Origin: Octopus vulgaris
Lineage: Eukaryota
Length of the DNA: 64,000 bases
Direction of reading: 5' to 3'
Assembly (NCBI GenBank): GCA_951406725.2
Contig: OX597820.1
Coordinates: 5,022,001-5,086,000, forward strand
The notes below the pieces were generated by a model. That model was not told where the DNA came from and made no database searches. It saw only the letters and a list, made by a program, of their open reading frames with translations. This document shows, piece by piece, positions 12,672 through 27,280 of the stretch. Within the stretch, counting starts at the first letter, position 1. The number at the start of each line of letters is the position of its first letter. The translations under genes and the position numbers were made by a program.

Positions 12672-13050
12672 ATTCTTTTATTCTTTACTTTTTTTATACT
12701 TGTTTCAGTCATTTGACTGCGGCCATGCTGGAACGTCACCTTTAGTCGAACAAATCGACCCCAGAGCTTTTTCCTTGTAAGCCTAATTATTATTCTACCG
12801 ATTTCTTTTGCCGAATTGGTAATGTTACGTGGACGTAAATACACCAACATCGGTTTTCAAGCGATGGTGGGGGACAAACACAGACACACAAACATACACA
12901 TATATACTTCTTTCAGTTTCCTTGTACCAAATCCACTCACAAGCCTTTGGTTAGTGCGAGGCTATTGTAGAAGACACTTGCCCAATGTTCCACGCAGTGG
13001 GACTGAAACCGGAGCCGTGTGGCTGGGAAGCAAGCTTCTTAACACTAGGC
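12672..13050 (-). mobile_element. SINE family A, diverged full-length copy
   Basis: Head, body and tail all recognisable. Confidence 0.85.
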
Positions 13051-13105
13051 CATAAATACAGCATACATACACATATAAGTGTGTCCGAGTGTGTGTACAT
13101 GTGTG

Positions 13106-13160
<55 letters not shown>

Positions 13161-13257
13161 GTATATATAATATATATACTATATATATTATATATATATA
13201 TATACACACACATATATATATATATACTATATATATTATATATATATACACACACAC

Positions 13258-13314
<57 letters not shown>

Positions 13315-13395
13315 CACATATATACATATATATAACCACTAAGCCACGCGCCTCCACAATGTAATGACTTGAAACAAAGGATAGAAGATATATAA

Positions 13396-13458
<63 letters not shown>

Positions 13459-14687
13459 TGCGTGCACGCCGGCATATGTTTTTGTTCGTGTGATAAGAAT
13501 CTGGTGCCGAAAACAGTAGACACCGTGTAAGAGCAGCAACTCAAAATATAAGGTATTTAGAAAGTTTTTCTTCTGTTTGTTTGTTTCTTTTTGTTTTGTT
13601 TTTTTTTGTGATAATTGCAAAAACCAACATTTACATAATAATCATGTTGTTTTGTTTTCCCGTCGAGTCAGAAAGAAGCAAAAAATGCAATATAAAGGAA
13701 ATCGGTTAAACGAATATAGCGAAACAGCATGAACATCCAAGCAAATCTCAATTTTATCAAATAAATCACAAAACACACACAAATATGTATATATATATAT
13801 ATATAATTTACACACATATATACATATCTGTATATACATAATATCTTATATATCTTATTATATTAAGATATATTAAATAAAACCAAACCCGCTGCAACAC
13901 TATGAGAATTGTGTATTATCTGTGTGAATATATTAATTTCTATTTTGTTGGTGCTCTCCCGATGCTGTTCTGGTACAAAGGAAGGATTCGCAAGAATAAA
14001 TAACAAGATAAAATGTCAGAAATAATCGCGGAATGTGGAACGACAAGATCCTTGACATAATCTGTTTCAATCTGACAGTAGGGGTTAGGAATTGAAGCTT
14101 CTCTGAAGAATGGTCGTCCTATTTGATAATGTTTGAGATGAAGAGGAATCTAGATTTTATGATAAATGTTTATAGGTATTGTGACAATTATTTTGGTGTT
14201 ATCTCGGGGACTCTTTTACACTCTGTGGTAAAAACAAAAACGAACAAACGTTCACATCGCAGCCTGTCGTATGAATAAGATTCTATACGAACATTTGAAA
14301 TTCTAGGAAGAAAAAATAAGCAACAAAAATGCTTCGGAGCTATTGTTGTAGTTTGTTCGTGTTTAACTATAAACTTTGCTGCAATAAATCCCCCGGTTTG
14401 GGTTTCGGTCCCACCACATGGCATATTGGACAAATAACTTCTGCTAAAGACTTTAGTCCTTGTGGAAGACTGAGAGATCTTATCCATTCCTAAGTCGTAG
14501 ACTTAGTCTATCATCCCATCTAACACCATCACTTTATCCTGGGTTAGTTTAAATCCTTTTCATATCAACCCACTTAAGACTGCCCATGGCACTACGATAC
14601 AAAATGTCTGTTTTAAAGCGAGTTGTTGTGCCGCTTCATCGCTCCTTGTTACATGTGGAAGGCTCCACACTCACAACTGTACAGTGG

Positions 14688-14719
<32 letters not shown>

Positions 14720-14801
14720 TGTATGTATGTATGTATGTATGTATGTATGTATGTATGTATGTATGTATGTATGAATGTATGCATGTATGCATGTATGCAT
14801 G

Positions 14802-14835
<34 letters not shown>

Positions 14836-14851
14836 TGTATGTGTATATATG

Positions 14852-14945
14852 TAAGTTTCCTTCCTGAGCGTCCAATAACACTATACTTGTTCCACGTCCT
14901 CGCGTTGGTGTGTTTTCTCTTCGTGTTTTCATGTTTGGATTAACT
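14852..14945 (+). mobile_element. Fragment of the mini hammerhead element family seen at 19965-20140
   Basis: Reverse complement of ~19965-20047; ends in (TA)n. Confidence 0.65.
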
Positions 14946-15030
14946 ATATATATATATATATATAAATGTGTGTGTATGTGTTTGTGAATGTATATATACA
15001 TACACACACACACACACACGCACATATATA

Positions 15031-16650
15031 TCTTTTCTTTTCTGCAGTTTCAGCTCAGAGCTGCGGCCATGCTGATGCACCGCCATTTTGCTACACTGTT
15101 ATTACTGAGAGCCTCCTCTAATATGTGGCACTTGGTGAAGAATGGATTTTGATATAGCTACTCTCATTTGCACCTCTTGCCGTGAGGTAGGTTCATCTGG
15201 GACTCTCGACAGGGAGATGTCCAGCTTTGATTTAAAAACCGCTACATCTATTTTGTGCAGGTTCCTCAGGCTCTTTCGGTGAATATTAAAAAGCTGTGGG
15301 CCCTTGAAACCCAGGCTGTTCCAGTAACTGGTCCTGAAGCGCGATAGTGTTGCTGGGATCTTTGGCACTATGCAGTGTCGTCCCGTTCTGGCATTGGTGT
15401 AGCTTCCAATGCCAAAATTTGGCACAATTCCTTCCAGGATCTTCCAGATATATACTACTGCATACTTCTCTCCAGGGAGTAAAGTCTTAGCTATTTCAAC
15501 CTTTCCCAGTAGCTGAGCTGTTGCAAAGAGACGATCTTTGGGAATCTTCTCTGGATTGCTTCAAGGCCTGCTGTTAATTTCACACTGGTGGGTGACCATA
15601 TCTGTGAGCAGTGATCCAGGCGACTGAAGACGAATGTCCTCCGGAGGACCATTATTGTTTCCTTATCTCTGGTTCTGAATATTCTCAGGATTCATCCAGT
15701 CAGTCGTCTGCACTTTTTCGCCATCCTGGTAATGTGTACTTGGGAAGAGGTATCATCACTCATGTCGATACCCAGGTTCCTCACTGATTTAGACTCTGGG
15801 ATTGAAATTCCCTGTGGACCAGTGTACCCTGTAAGTTTCATATTCAGTTTTGGACGCTGGTAGCGCAGGGCTTGGAATTTCTCAGCATTAAACTGCATAT
15901 TATTATCCTCAGTCCATCTGTAAATTGAGTCCAACTCCTGCTGCAGATGTGCAACATCGCTGGGGTTCTGTATTTTCTGCGAGACTTCCGTATCGTCTGC
16001 GTAGCTTGCAAAGGTGGCTATCTGGGCACTTGAGGGCATATCTGGGAGGGCCACTATAAAAAGCAGTGGTCCCAAGACAGTGCCCTGTGGAACACCGTTC
16101 ACTATTTGTGTGTTCATAGAGGTGACTCCATTAACCACTACTGCCTGACTCGTATCTTTCAGGAAGTCATGTAACCACACTCCAAGTTTTCCAGCTATGC
16201 CAAGGTCATGCAGTTTGTGGCGTATCATACCATGATCCACCTTGTCAAAAGCTTTTGCAAAATCAAGGCATCCACATTTGATTTGTTGAGTAACTGCCTC
16301 AACACCCAGTCATAATGTTGCAAGAGCTGGATCAGGCAGCTTCTACCTGGTCGAAAACCATGCTGGGTATCACTCAGCAAATTATTTCCCTCAAGGAATG
16401 CGATTAGTTACTCTCTGACTATCCATTCCATGACTTTGCTGATGTGTGAAGTCAGAGAGATAGGCCTATAGTTTTTGGCTTCTGCTCTACTGCCCCCTTT
16501 ATGTATTGGGCATATTATTCCCTCCTTCAGCTTGCTTGGCAGTTTGCCATTCGCAAGAAAGCTCTGGAAGAGAATCTTGAGGGGTTTTGCCAAGGCATGC
16601 ATGCATGATTTGAGGAGGATGGCTGGGAAACCATCAGGACCAGCAGTTTT
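15031..16650 (-). mobile_element. CR1-clade LINE, 5'-truncated, decayed ORF2 reverse transcriptase with intact 3' tail
   Basis: Motifs AGPDG, NYRPISLTS, QHGFRPGRSC, DFAKAFDKVDH, GVPQGTVLGPLLF, YADD; frameshifts; short 3' UTR ending in (GAAAA) repeats. Confidence 0.9.
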
Positions 16651-16727
16651 TTCGACGATTTATGCAATCTCTTTTTGGTTGTTTCAGTAGAACGAAAAAC
16701 CACGTCTTTCTTCAACGAAATCTGAAG

Positions 16728-16795
<68 letters not shown>

Positions 16796-17225
16796 CACAT
16801 TCACATACATAAGGCACAGATAATACCATAGCAGTGTCTGCATATGGGTGTAAAAGTTCACAAAAGCCCATCTGCCTATTCATACATACATACATACATA
16901 CATACATACACACATCAACGTTCACACACGTCTACATAAACATAATTGTAAATTTTTTATGCATATAATTATATAATTGTATAGATTGTATAGACAAGCA
17001 TAAAACACCCAGCCGCCCCATATATGTGTGTGTGTATGTATATATGTATGTATGCATGTGTATATATATATATATATTTATATGTCTACGGACCTGTACA
17101 AGGAGGTTGTGAATGTAATATAAAAGTTTTCTGATACACTAGCTACAAATAGCTTTATTTATATATTTAAATATATTTTCTTTCTTTTACTCATATATTA
17201 AAAATATTTTATTCCCCAGCCTTAC

Positions 17226-17350
17226 CTGCTGTCTCCATCCATTTTTACTCTTCATCAACTTAGCACAAAACGGGTTTAGTTGAGAAGACAAATTATGTAC
17301 GTTAGGCTAAGTTATAAATGTAAGTCTTCTCTTTGTTTACAGAAATAAAG
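17226..17350 (-). other. Candidate non-coding (5' UTR) exon
   Basis: Acceptor catttcattttctgcAG and donor CAG|GTAAGG; unique sequence. Confidence 0.3.
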
Positions 17351-17954
17351 CTGCAGAAAATGAAATGCTGCAAGGAAATAAAGAAGTCTCTCGTATGCAT
17401 TGATAATTGTCATTTTTACCGGAAGTTGTTTCAACCCTCTAACGTTATTTTTATCGTCATTTCCGGTTAAATGTTTAAAGGTAAAGTGATCGGCGGAAGA
17501 ATATCTTCAGTGAGATCTACCACATAATATATACTAACTAAAAATACTAATAGTTTTTTTTTGTTGTATTCTTTTTGTGTGTTTATTTGTTGAATATGAA
17601 GCAATTAGCGAAAAAGCATTAAAGTAAAAGATTAGACAGATACGGGAGGATTAACCGCTGTTTAATTCACAAGGAAACTAGAATTAATAAAAAGAACGAT
17701 GCTTAAACTAGTTCCACTTCCTTTGTCTGTTAATAACGATTCTTCTTGAAGTACATTCGTTTATACGTAATAATTTGTTACGCTGGCAGTGAGCCCAAAA
17801 CATTTATAGGAGAGGGCGATGAGGATTGAAACAAACCCCCATGTAGAAGGGATCTTTACGAGCATGGTGAGGCATGAAGCTGGAACATATTGATGTTAAA
17901 CCCAAATCTCTACCATTTCTATCAATCCAGATTTTTTTCTGTTTATAAATCTTG

Positions 17955-18500
17955 TTTGCGTGGTTGGGTGGCAGTGTGGTAAAAAAAAAATTTGCTTCCC
18001 ATCCACATGGTTCCGGGTTCAGTTCCACTGCGTGGCACCTTGGGCAACTGTGTGTATGTATGTATGTATGTATGTATGTATGTATGTATGTATGTATGTA
18101 TGTATGTATGTATGTATGTATGTATGTATGTATGTACGTATGTATGTATGTATGTATGTATGTATGTATGTGCGTATGTATGTATGTATTTATGTATGCA
18201 TTTATGCATGTATGTTCGCATGTTAGTGTGTATGTATGTATGTATGTATGCATTTGTGCATGTATGTTCGCATGTTAGTGTGTATGTATGTATGTATATA
18301 TGTATGTATATATGTATGTATGTGTGTATGTATGCATGTATGTATGTAAGCGTCGCAGTTCACATGGACGTGTATTTGAGCATTTGTGTCTTTATTTGTG
18401 TATATATGTATGTATGTATGTATTTATATATGCATGTATGTATGTGTGTGTGTGTATGAAAATATCAGTATTCATGTGTGTGTGTTTGTGTATGTGTATG
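17955..18500 (+). repeat. SINE A head running into a long (TATG)n-type microsatellite
   Basis: ccacatggttccgggttcagttccactgcgtggcaccttgggcaa followed by the tract. Confidence 0.85.
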
Positions 18501-18570
18501 TAGGCATGCATGGATAAATGGATCATTGGATAGATGCGTGAGTGTGTGTGTGTGACGGAGAGATAGAGAA

Positions 18571-18643
<73 letters not shown>

Positions 18644-19183
18644 GAGCGAGAGAAGGCGAGGAAGAGAGAGAGAGAGAGAGATTAATAGTCAGTATTTTCC
18701 CTCCCCAAAAACCTTCCTGCTGTGTGCAGAGCCGCCGCTAACCAAATCACAATGAATTCGTATCCAAGACAAGAGAGAACTGGGCTATTTCTGTTGGGGA
18801 ATCTGCAAGACTTTGAAACTCCCTGACGAAATGAAGCGTTACATGAAGAAAGCAGAGCCCAGATATGTAAAGAATAACACAGCCACCCCGCAGGCTGATG
18901 GAACAATGATGGCTGGGAAGAAGCTGTGGTGGTGGTCACGGTGCTGAGTGCTGTCTTCACATGTAGAAGAGGAAGTGATGGTATACAGTAGCAATGACAA
19001 GAAAGATAAACAAATCGTCATCATCCTATCACCTTTTGGAAGAAGGAATACAACAGAAGCTGGAACGGAAATCATACACGTACTTATGCGTATATACCAT
19101 ACATACATATATACATATATACATACATATGTATGTATGTGTAATGTATACGTAAATGCATGTACTTAGGAGTGTATGTATAT

Positions 19184-19226
<43 letters not shown>

Positions 19227-19283
19227 GTATATTTATATTTATGTATACATATGCACATGCATAAACTCTAACACACACACATA

Positions 19284-19327
<44 letters not shown>

Positions 19328-19377
19328 TATATAAATATAAATATAAGTATACATGCATATATATATAGAGAGAGAGA

Positions 19378-19410
<33 letters not shown>

Positions 19411-19699
19411 CTATATAGAATGTAGATAGAGTAATAAATGTATATAATCCAGACCTGAAGATTGGGAGTACGTCGAACTAATTGAGTATTGAAACTAGAG
19501 ACCTTATATCTCAAAAATACCGACATACTGTCATGAAAAACGTGTTGTCTTTAAAATGGAAACTCTGGGATTCTGAATAGATATAGTAAGTATCATATTT
19601 AATATTTGATGGCTCGGTCGGGTATAATATCTGTGAATGTTGATTGAGTAGAGGGGGGGTTCTGTCTCTAAAACTACTTACATATATATATATATATAA

Positions 19700-19757
19700 A
19701 ATTTAAATTAAGCAGAAAATGGAGAAATTATCTCCATTTTCTGCTTAATTAAAATTT
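19700..19757. repeat. ~26-bp terminal hairpin of a TA-embedded element
   Basis: aattaagcagaaaatggaga-aatta-tctccattttctgcttaatt. Confidence 0.8.
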
Positions 19758-19918
19758 GAGTCCTGATAAACTCTTGTTTATTTTTATTATTCCCTGTATC
19801 CTATAAGCATAATATGCTTGCATACCCATGCCCAGGGTTAACCATAGGTAATTTATACTGGTAGTAAAAACAGATATTCTTATCCCTTAGACGTTTATTG
19901 CAACCGCTAATTCTAATA

Positions 19919-19970
<52 letters not shown>

Positions 19971-20063
19971 ATCCAAACAAGAAAGCACAAAAAACACAAC
20001 ATCGCGAGGACGTGGAACAGCTATAGTATTATTGGACGCTCAGGAAAGAAGGAAAGAAGGAGG

Positions 20064-20098
20064 GTTTAACGTTTCGAGCGGAGCTCTTCGTCGGAAAC
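20064..20098 (-). ncRNA. Minimal hammerhead motif (U4>C) within TA-embedded element 19965-20140
   Basis: gttt-CCGACGA-a-GAGC-tcc-GCTC-GAAA-CG-TT|aaac; palindrome AACGTT. Confidence 0.65.
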
Positions 20099-20135
20099 AT
20101 AGGAGAAGGAAAGATGCAGAGAAGGGAAGACAGAG

Positions 20136-20185
<50 letters not shown>

Positions 20186-20511
20186 GATGGTTATGTATAT
20201 ATAAATTGTTCGTTGAATTGGTATCTGTAATGTTTATATATCCTCACAATTTCTAAAACTTTTATTACTAGTTTATCATGGCAACTGTTTGATGAATGGT
20301 TACGGGAAAACTTTTTCGGTTTCAATAAAATAGCGTGTGGAGGTGGGAGGGGGGAGTAGGTGAGTCCAGTTACGTAAGTTGGAACGTTGACCTAAACTTT
20401 TATGAAACATTTCGGTCTTGCTTTACGGCCAGCGAATTGACCTGAGACAGTGTCCCCGCACTGAAACAATAACAGGATGAGGGACTGATATTTGCCATTG
20501 AAAAACACACG

Positions 20512-20645
20512 GAAACTATCGACTTCACTTAAGCATTTACTATTTGGTGTCAGCATCTTCGTTGCACCAACTACGTCCGAAACTATCGACTTCACTTAAG
20601 CATTTACTATTTGGTGTCAGCATCTTCGTTGCACCAACTACGTCC
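20512..20645. repeat. Exact 67-bp tandem duplication
   Basis: gaaactatcgac...ctacgtcc twice (20512-20578, 20579-20645). Confidence 0.9.
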
Positions 20646-20924
20646 TTGTCACTGATGAGTATTCATTGCGTTCGTCCTCCTCTCAAACATTCTTTGTTTG
20701 ACGTACCTCAAATGAATTTGGGACTGCTTAAGAACATGTTCGTTTTCTGATCGACAAATTCACATAGTTTTTATTTTATCAGCGATAATCCTGCCTCTAT
20801 AATCGTTAGATACTGTAATCCTGACTTTAAACTTATTTTTGATGCAATTTTTGTTAACATTTCGTAAACTGAAACCATCCTACTCCAACAACATTTACAG
20901 TTTGTACATCAACATTATAATGAT

Positions 20925-21025
20925 CTTCATCATCATCATCATCATCATCAGTGTCGTCAATATCATCATCATCAACATCATCACCAACACCATGATGTTC
21001 ATCGTCGTCATCATCATCATCATCG

Positions 21026-21062
<37 letters not shown>

Positions 21063-21138
21063 TATCATCAACATTATCGTCAACATCATCATCACCATCG
21101 ACATGATCATCATCACCATCGTCATGATCATCATCGCC

Positions 21139-21171
<33 letters not shown>

Positions 21172-21461
21172 GTCGTCGTCAACATCATCACCATCATCTT
21201 TACCACCACCACTACCACCACAACCACCACCACCACCACAAACACCACCACCATCATCACCATCCACATCATTATCATTAACGATGAGTGAATAATTGAG
21301 TACTGGGTTATTGCACTTGGTTTTTTTAAATCTGGGGATGATGGTGGTGAAGTTCATGATGACGATGATGACGACGACGATGATGATGATGATAGTGGCC
21401 TTATGGTGATTAAGTTTAATGGTGATAGTGATAGCGGTAATGAGGTTGATAACGATGATGG

Positions 21462-21495
<34 letters not shown>

Positions 21496-21509
21496 AATGA
21501 CGATGATGG

Positions 21510-21540
<31 letters not shown>

Positions 21541-21556
21541 GATGATGGTGATGGTG

Positions 21557-21606
<50 letters not shown>

Positions 21607-21656
21607 GGTGATGATGATGATGATGATGATGGTGATGGTGATGATGATGATGACGG

Positions 21657-21706
<50 letters not shown>

Positions 21707-21725
21707 ATAGTGATGATCATGATGT
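20925..21725. repeat. (CAT/CAC)n tract followed by complementary (GAT/GGT)n tract
   Basis: Read directly; strand switch at ~21285-21335. Confidence 0.95.
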
Positions 21726-22127
21726 TTGTGATAGGTGCTTCTTCCACACGTGTAAAAATTTGTTTCAATTAATAAACGCGGTGTATTATATTTCTAAACA
21801 GACCCTACATCAACCGCTACCCGTTTATCCACCCGCTTTTATATATTTACTTTCTAAACCTTCCCCAAATAATAATATATTTCAAAGCGCAGCCAACTTG
21901 AACAAGACGTGTCCCTATTTTAATCAACAAAACCCCCAAGAAATAGTCCCACCCCTTTTCTCACATCTCTGCGAAAAAAAAACTTAAGGGACCAGCTAAA
22001 GGATTTAAAAGTACCCAGGTCAGCCTTTATTGACACAATTTCAATAAGAATTTCCCTTTATTTATTTATTTTTTTTTTTTTTACTCTATTATATTTACTT
22101 TTTAATTGAAATCTTTCTTTTCCTTTT

Positions 22128-22584
<457 letters not shown>

Positions 22585-22958
22585 TCTTTCTTCCTATCTA
22601 CCTGTTCGTACCCGCTCGCAACAATGTCGTCAACGCTGGCCCAACATCGCTGCTAGATTTCCGGGTAGAAGACCCCTATGTAAATAGAGGGAACACAAAG
22701 AGATTTAACAATTCCTAGATGGGCCGAAGGTTATGCCTGGATGAACAAACATAACATCACCTTACGCAGTCATCCTTAACAAATTTATGCATCGTTGAAC
22801 AGTTCACTGTATTTCCTTCTTCACGGAAACATTTTTTTTTCTTTATTTTTTTTTCGTTTTCACCTTTTAATATTTATTTTGCCTTTTGTAAAAACGATAA
22901 CAGCATTGATATCAACAACAACAACAACAACAACAATAATAATCACAGCAGTAACAGC

Positions 22959-23001
<43 letters not shown>

Positions 23002-23057
23002 TCAACACTAACAACAGCAGCTTGGATATCACCATCATCACCGTCATATACAACACA

Positions 23058-23568
23058 AGAAGCTTACTTCCCAACCGCAAAATTCCGGGTTCAGTCCCAC
23101 TGCATGGCACCTTAGGCATCAGGGCTACCAAGGCCTTGTGAGTAGATTTCGTAGACGGAAACTGAAACTCTGTGTGTGTGTGTTTGCATGTATATGTATA
23201 TATATATATACACACACACACGCTCGCGCGAACACACGCACACACATACACACACATATAGATGTGCGCAGAAGTAGCTGTGTGCTACGAAGTTTGCTTC
23301 CCATCCACATGGTTCCGGGTTCAGTCTCACAACGTGGCACCTTGGGCAAGTGCCTTCTATGTATTTGTATGTCTGTGTTTGTTGCCCCACCATCGTTTGA
23401 CAACCGATATTAGTGTATTTACGTCTCCGTAACTTAGCGATTCGGCAAAAGAACCCGATAGAATTAGTACTAGGCTTACAAAGAATAAGTCCTGGGGTTG
23501 ATTTGCTCGACTAAAGGCGGTGCTCCAGCATGGCTGCAGTCAAATGACTGGAATAAGTAAGAATAAAA
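23058..23568 (+). mobile_element. SINE family A: two head segments plus body and tail
   Basis: Heads at ~23058 and ~23265; tail ggcggtgctccagcatggctgcagtcaaatgactgg. Confidence 0.8.
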
Positions 23569-23585
23569 CATTATATGCACACACA

Positions 23586-23654
<69 letters not shown>

Positions 23655-23666
23655 GCAAACAAGCAC

Positions 23667-24310
23667 AAAGGGTGCGGTGAGTGAACTGTCGTCTAAATTA
23701 CGCAAAAATGTAAATAACACTGAGATCTCATTTTAACAGAGATATTTACCAAAGTTGCATAAAAATATCTTGAAATACTAAAGAGTAAATTTATTCAATA
23801 AAATCGCAATTGTCTTCAACCACGGCATCCAGACGACTTCGGAATCTCCTGCAGCTCTTCTGGATGGTCTCTTGTTCAAGCCGGGGAATGCTGCCATAAT
23901 CCTTGCTTTGTGTTCATCTTTGGTGTTACAAGGAGTTTTGTTGTTCTCTCGCCCAACTGCGCCCCACACATAATAATCAAGGGGATTGCAGTCTAGAGAG
24001 TTAGGTGGCCAGATGTTGGGGGTGATGTGGTCGCAGAAATGGTCTGACAATCATGACTGGGTTCTCCTGCATGTGTGGCATGGTGCAGAGACCTGTTGCC
24101 AGACATAAGGTCTTCCAGCAACCACCGTCTTGTCTCAGGGCAGCACCCACATCCTCCAGGTACTTGATTTCGGCCTCCGTTTTGAGTGTGAGGCCGTGTG
24201 GGCAAATGAATGGAGGCATAACGTCGCCATCACTAGTGATCCCTCCAAACACCATGATGTTGACTGGATGTTTGATATTTATCACTCTCGGTACATGTCC
24301 TCAGATTGCA
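23667..24310 (-). mobile_element. Tc1/mariner maT-type (DD37D) transposase remnant, 3' half plus right end
   Basis: KHPVNIMVFG...WQQDSAPCH...WPPNSLDCNPLDYYVWG; 37 residues between the 2nd and 3rd Asp; frameshifts and stops. Confidence 0.85.
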
Positions 24311-24819
24311 CTTGTGTGTCGGATCAATTAGGAAAAAATGTAAAAATAGACCATATGTGTGTATGTTTGAGTGTGTTTATGTGTGTATTGATGTATGCAT
24401 GTTTATATCTATCTATGTGTGTGTCTCTTTGTATTTGTCTCCCATCATTGCTTGATAACTGGTGTTGGTGTGTTTATGCCCTCGTAATTTACTGGTTCAT
24501 CAGAACACGATAGAATAAACGACTGAATATATATATATATATATTTATAATTAAATTAGGGTAGAAATTGATATTAATCAATTAAAACCAGTGGCCCAGC
24601 ATATTTTAAAAAATCCGAATATTAAAAATTTTCTTACATACAAAATTTAGAGGATTGACCACTAAAAGTGGACAGCCTGTATGCTAGATATAGACGTCAA
24701 GATCGCCATTTTCCACGGAGAATATGTTCTCAACAAAAAAAATCAGCAAAAAAAACAAATCGTAAAAATAAGCTAGACAAATGAAAATATAGGAAATAAA
24801 AAACGATATATATATATTC

Positions 24820-25240
24820 TCTCTTTCTCTTTCTCTTTTACTTGTTTCAGTCATTTGACTGCGGCCATGCTGGAGCACCGCCCTTTTTTTTAGTCGAGCA
24901 AATCGACCCCGGGACTTATTCTTTGTAAGCCCAGTACTTATTCTATCGATCTCTATTGCCGAACCGCTAAGTGACGGGGACGTAAACACACCAGCATCGG
25001 TTGTCAAGCAATGCTAGGGGGACAAACACAGACACACAAACACACACACACATACATATACATATATATATATACATATATACGACAGGCTTCTTTCAGT
25101 TTCCGTCTACCAAATCCACTCACAAGGCATTGGTCGGCCCGGGGCTATAGCAGAAGACACTTGCCCAAGATGCCACGCAGTGGGACTGAACCCAGAACCA
25201 TGTGGTTGGTTAGCAAGCTACTTACCACACAGCCACTCCT
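24820..25240 (-). mobile_element. SINE family A, full length and young
   Basis: Very similar to 44234-44663. Confidence 0.92.
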
Positions 25241-25259
25241 ACATATATATACGAAGATG

Positions 25260-25640
25260 ATACAGCATGGATTGGATATGACACAAAAAGGCCATGGAAT
25301 TACTATGCTAGAAATATCATTATGAAAGCATATTCAAAATGCGATAATTCGAGAATGGAGCGGAGTGATGGATGTGATCGCAGAGTACCGAAGCACAAGT
25401 TCTTTTGGTCCGGACGTGTTCCAAGGTTCCCAGGCAACAGGTGGACCCGTGCAGTTGTCGAGTAGAGATTTGTAAAGGCTAATTGGAAGGCCTCGACGAC
25501 GATGGGAAGATGATTTGGTCAAGCAATTTGGGTCAAGATGGAAAAGAATGGCGCATTCAAGGCAGAATTGGAAACACATTATCACCAGCGGTGTGTAGCA
25601 GCATCTGATGGTCTCGTCGATACTGTGATATTGTGATATG
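25260..25640 (+). mobile_element. RTE-clade LINE 3' fragment, decayed
   Basis: NRWTRAVVE...LIGRPRRRWEDDLVKQFGSRWKRMAHSRQNWK. Confidence 0.65.
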
Positions 25641-25827
25641 TGTATGTGTGTATATATACTTCTAACATTACGGCGGTTTATTTTATTGGAAAGTAATACA
25701 TTTGTATTGCAATATTTTATTTTTCATTGAAAACTTTTTCCCTGTTCTCGTTCAGTTAACGGCCAGGCGTTCAGGTGAGTATACTGGCATTGATGTGGCA
25801 ACATTTGAAATATTTTCCAGGTAAATC

Positions 25828-25894
25828 CAGCTGATGAAGACTGATCAATTTTACGTTGACAAACGTATTTGAAGAGTCCGAAACATAGGTACTG
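25828..25894 (+). ncRNA. Type I hammerhead ribozyme, canonical core
   Basis: cag-CTGATGA-a-gact...agtc-c-GAAA-CATAGG-TA|ctg; GUA site, cut after 25891. Confidence 0.72.
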
Positions 25895-26629
25895 TATTAT
25901 CCGATTCTGGGTTGTCCATTTATCGAATGTTCTTCCTAGAGGTAAGACAAATTTTTCATGTGTGTTGCATTCACACGTCTTTGCCAATATATACGCAGTG
26001 AAGCTTTACTTACATATTCTGTGTCCATCATCACAACATTAGTATAAAAATGAAACAATTCACTCACCTTCCTTTTTTTTTTTTTTTACTCTGTGTCCAA
26101 CAATCGCAGACTTAAACTTTTTTTGCGTAAGCCTTAAGAACATTTGACTCTCCTCGGACAACTTGACATTTCTACTCTACTGTTACCGGCGCAGAACTTG
26201 GGAGGGGTGGGGGTATTAACCATGTCGTTGTGACACTGTCACACTGTCAGAGTATGTCACTGTGTCACTCAATAAATTTGCTAGTGTGCCTTAGTCTGTC
26301 TGTGCGTCTGCCTATAACTGTCAAGCAACCAATCTATTATTTTAGTATTTTGTCACTTCTTCGGTGTATGTTACTGGTGTTGACAATGTGATTTCTAGAA
26401 GAGTTTCTTTATTTTGATGACATTTACTGAGGAAGGGCGCTGGGGGGTGGAGGGAGTGGAGGGAGTGAGTTACTTTTGAGAGAGAAAAGGAGAGAGAAAG
26501 AGAGAGAACAAGGAAGGAGAAGAAGATTAAGAATAAAAACAAAATGGCGTAAATAAGAAGACGAAATATGAGAGGGAAGAGAAATGACGTTGTTTGTGAA
26601 ATGCATTGGCGCTGGACCACCGTTGACGT

Positions 26630-26867
26630 AATACACCGTCACCAGCATCAGCAACAGCTGCACCACTGTCAACACAACCACCTCCAACGCAACCATGACC
26701 TACACAAGCTAAAATGCAGTAACATGACCATCACATCCGCCACCACCACCACTACCACCACCACCACCAACAACAACAATAACATTAACGACAACAACAG
26801 TACGATCATCATCAATACCACCACACCCACTATGATCACCACCACCACCACCACCACCAACACCACT

Positions 26868-26901
<34 letters not shown>

Positions 26902-27218
26902 GCAGTACCATCACCAACTTCACCACCGCCACCACTACCACCACCACCACCTCCACCACCTCCACCAGCCTCCATCAGCAACAACAGCAAACACAAAACA
27001 GAAGTTCCACCAGCATCACCACAGTCATCATCATCATCACTACCACCACAACCACAACCACAACCACCACCAGCACCACCAGCACCACTACCACCAACAC
27101 CTCCATCATCACCTCCATCAGCATTAATAACAACACAAGCAGCATCACCACAACCACAGCCAAAACTACTACTACTACTGCTACTACTACCACTACTACT
27201 ACCACTACTACTACTACC

Positions 27219-27280
<62 letters not shown>

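Noticed and set aside
18700-19075. Protein-like unique segment
   Set aside because: Stops in all frames and no recognisable motif; probably a decayed element
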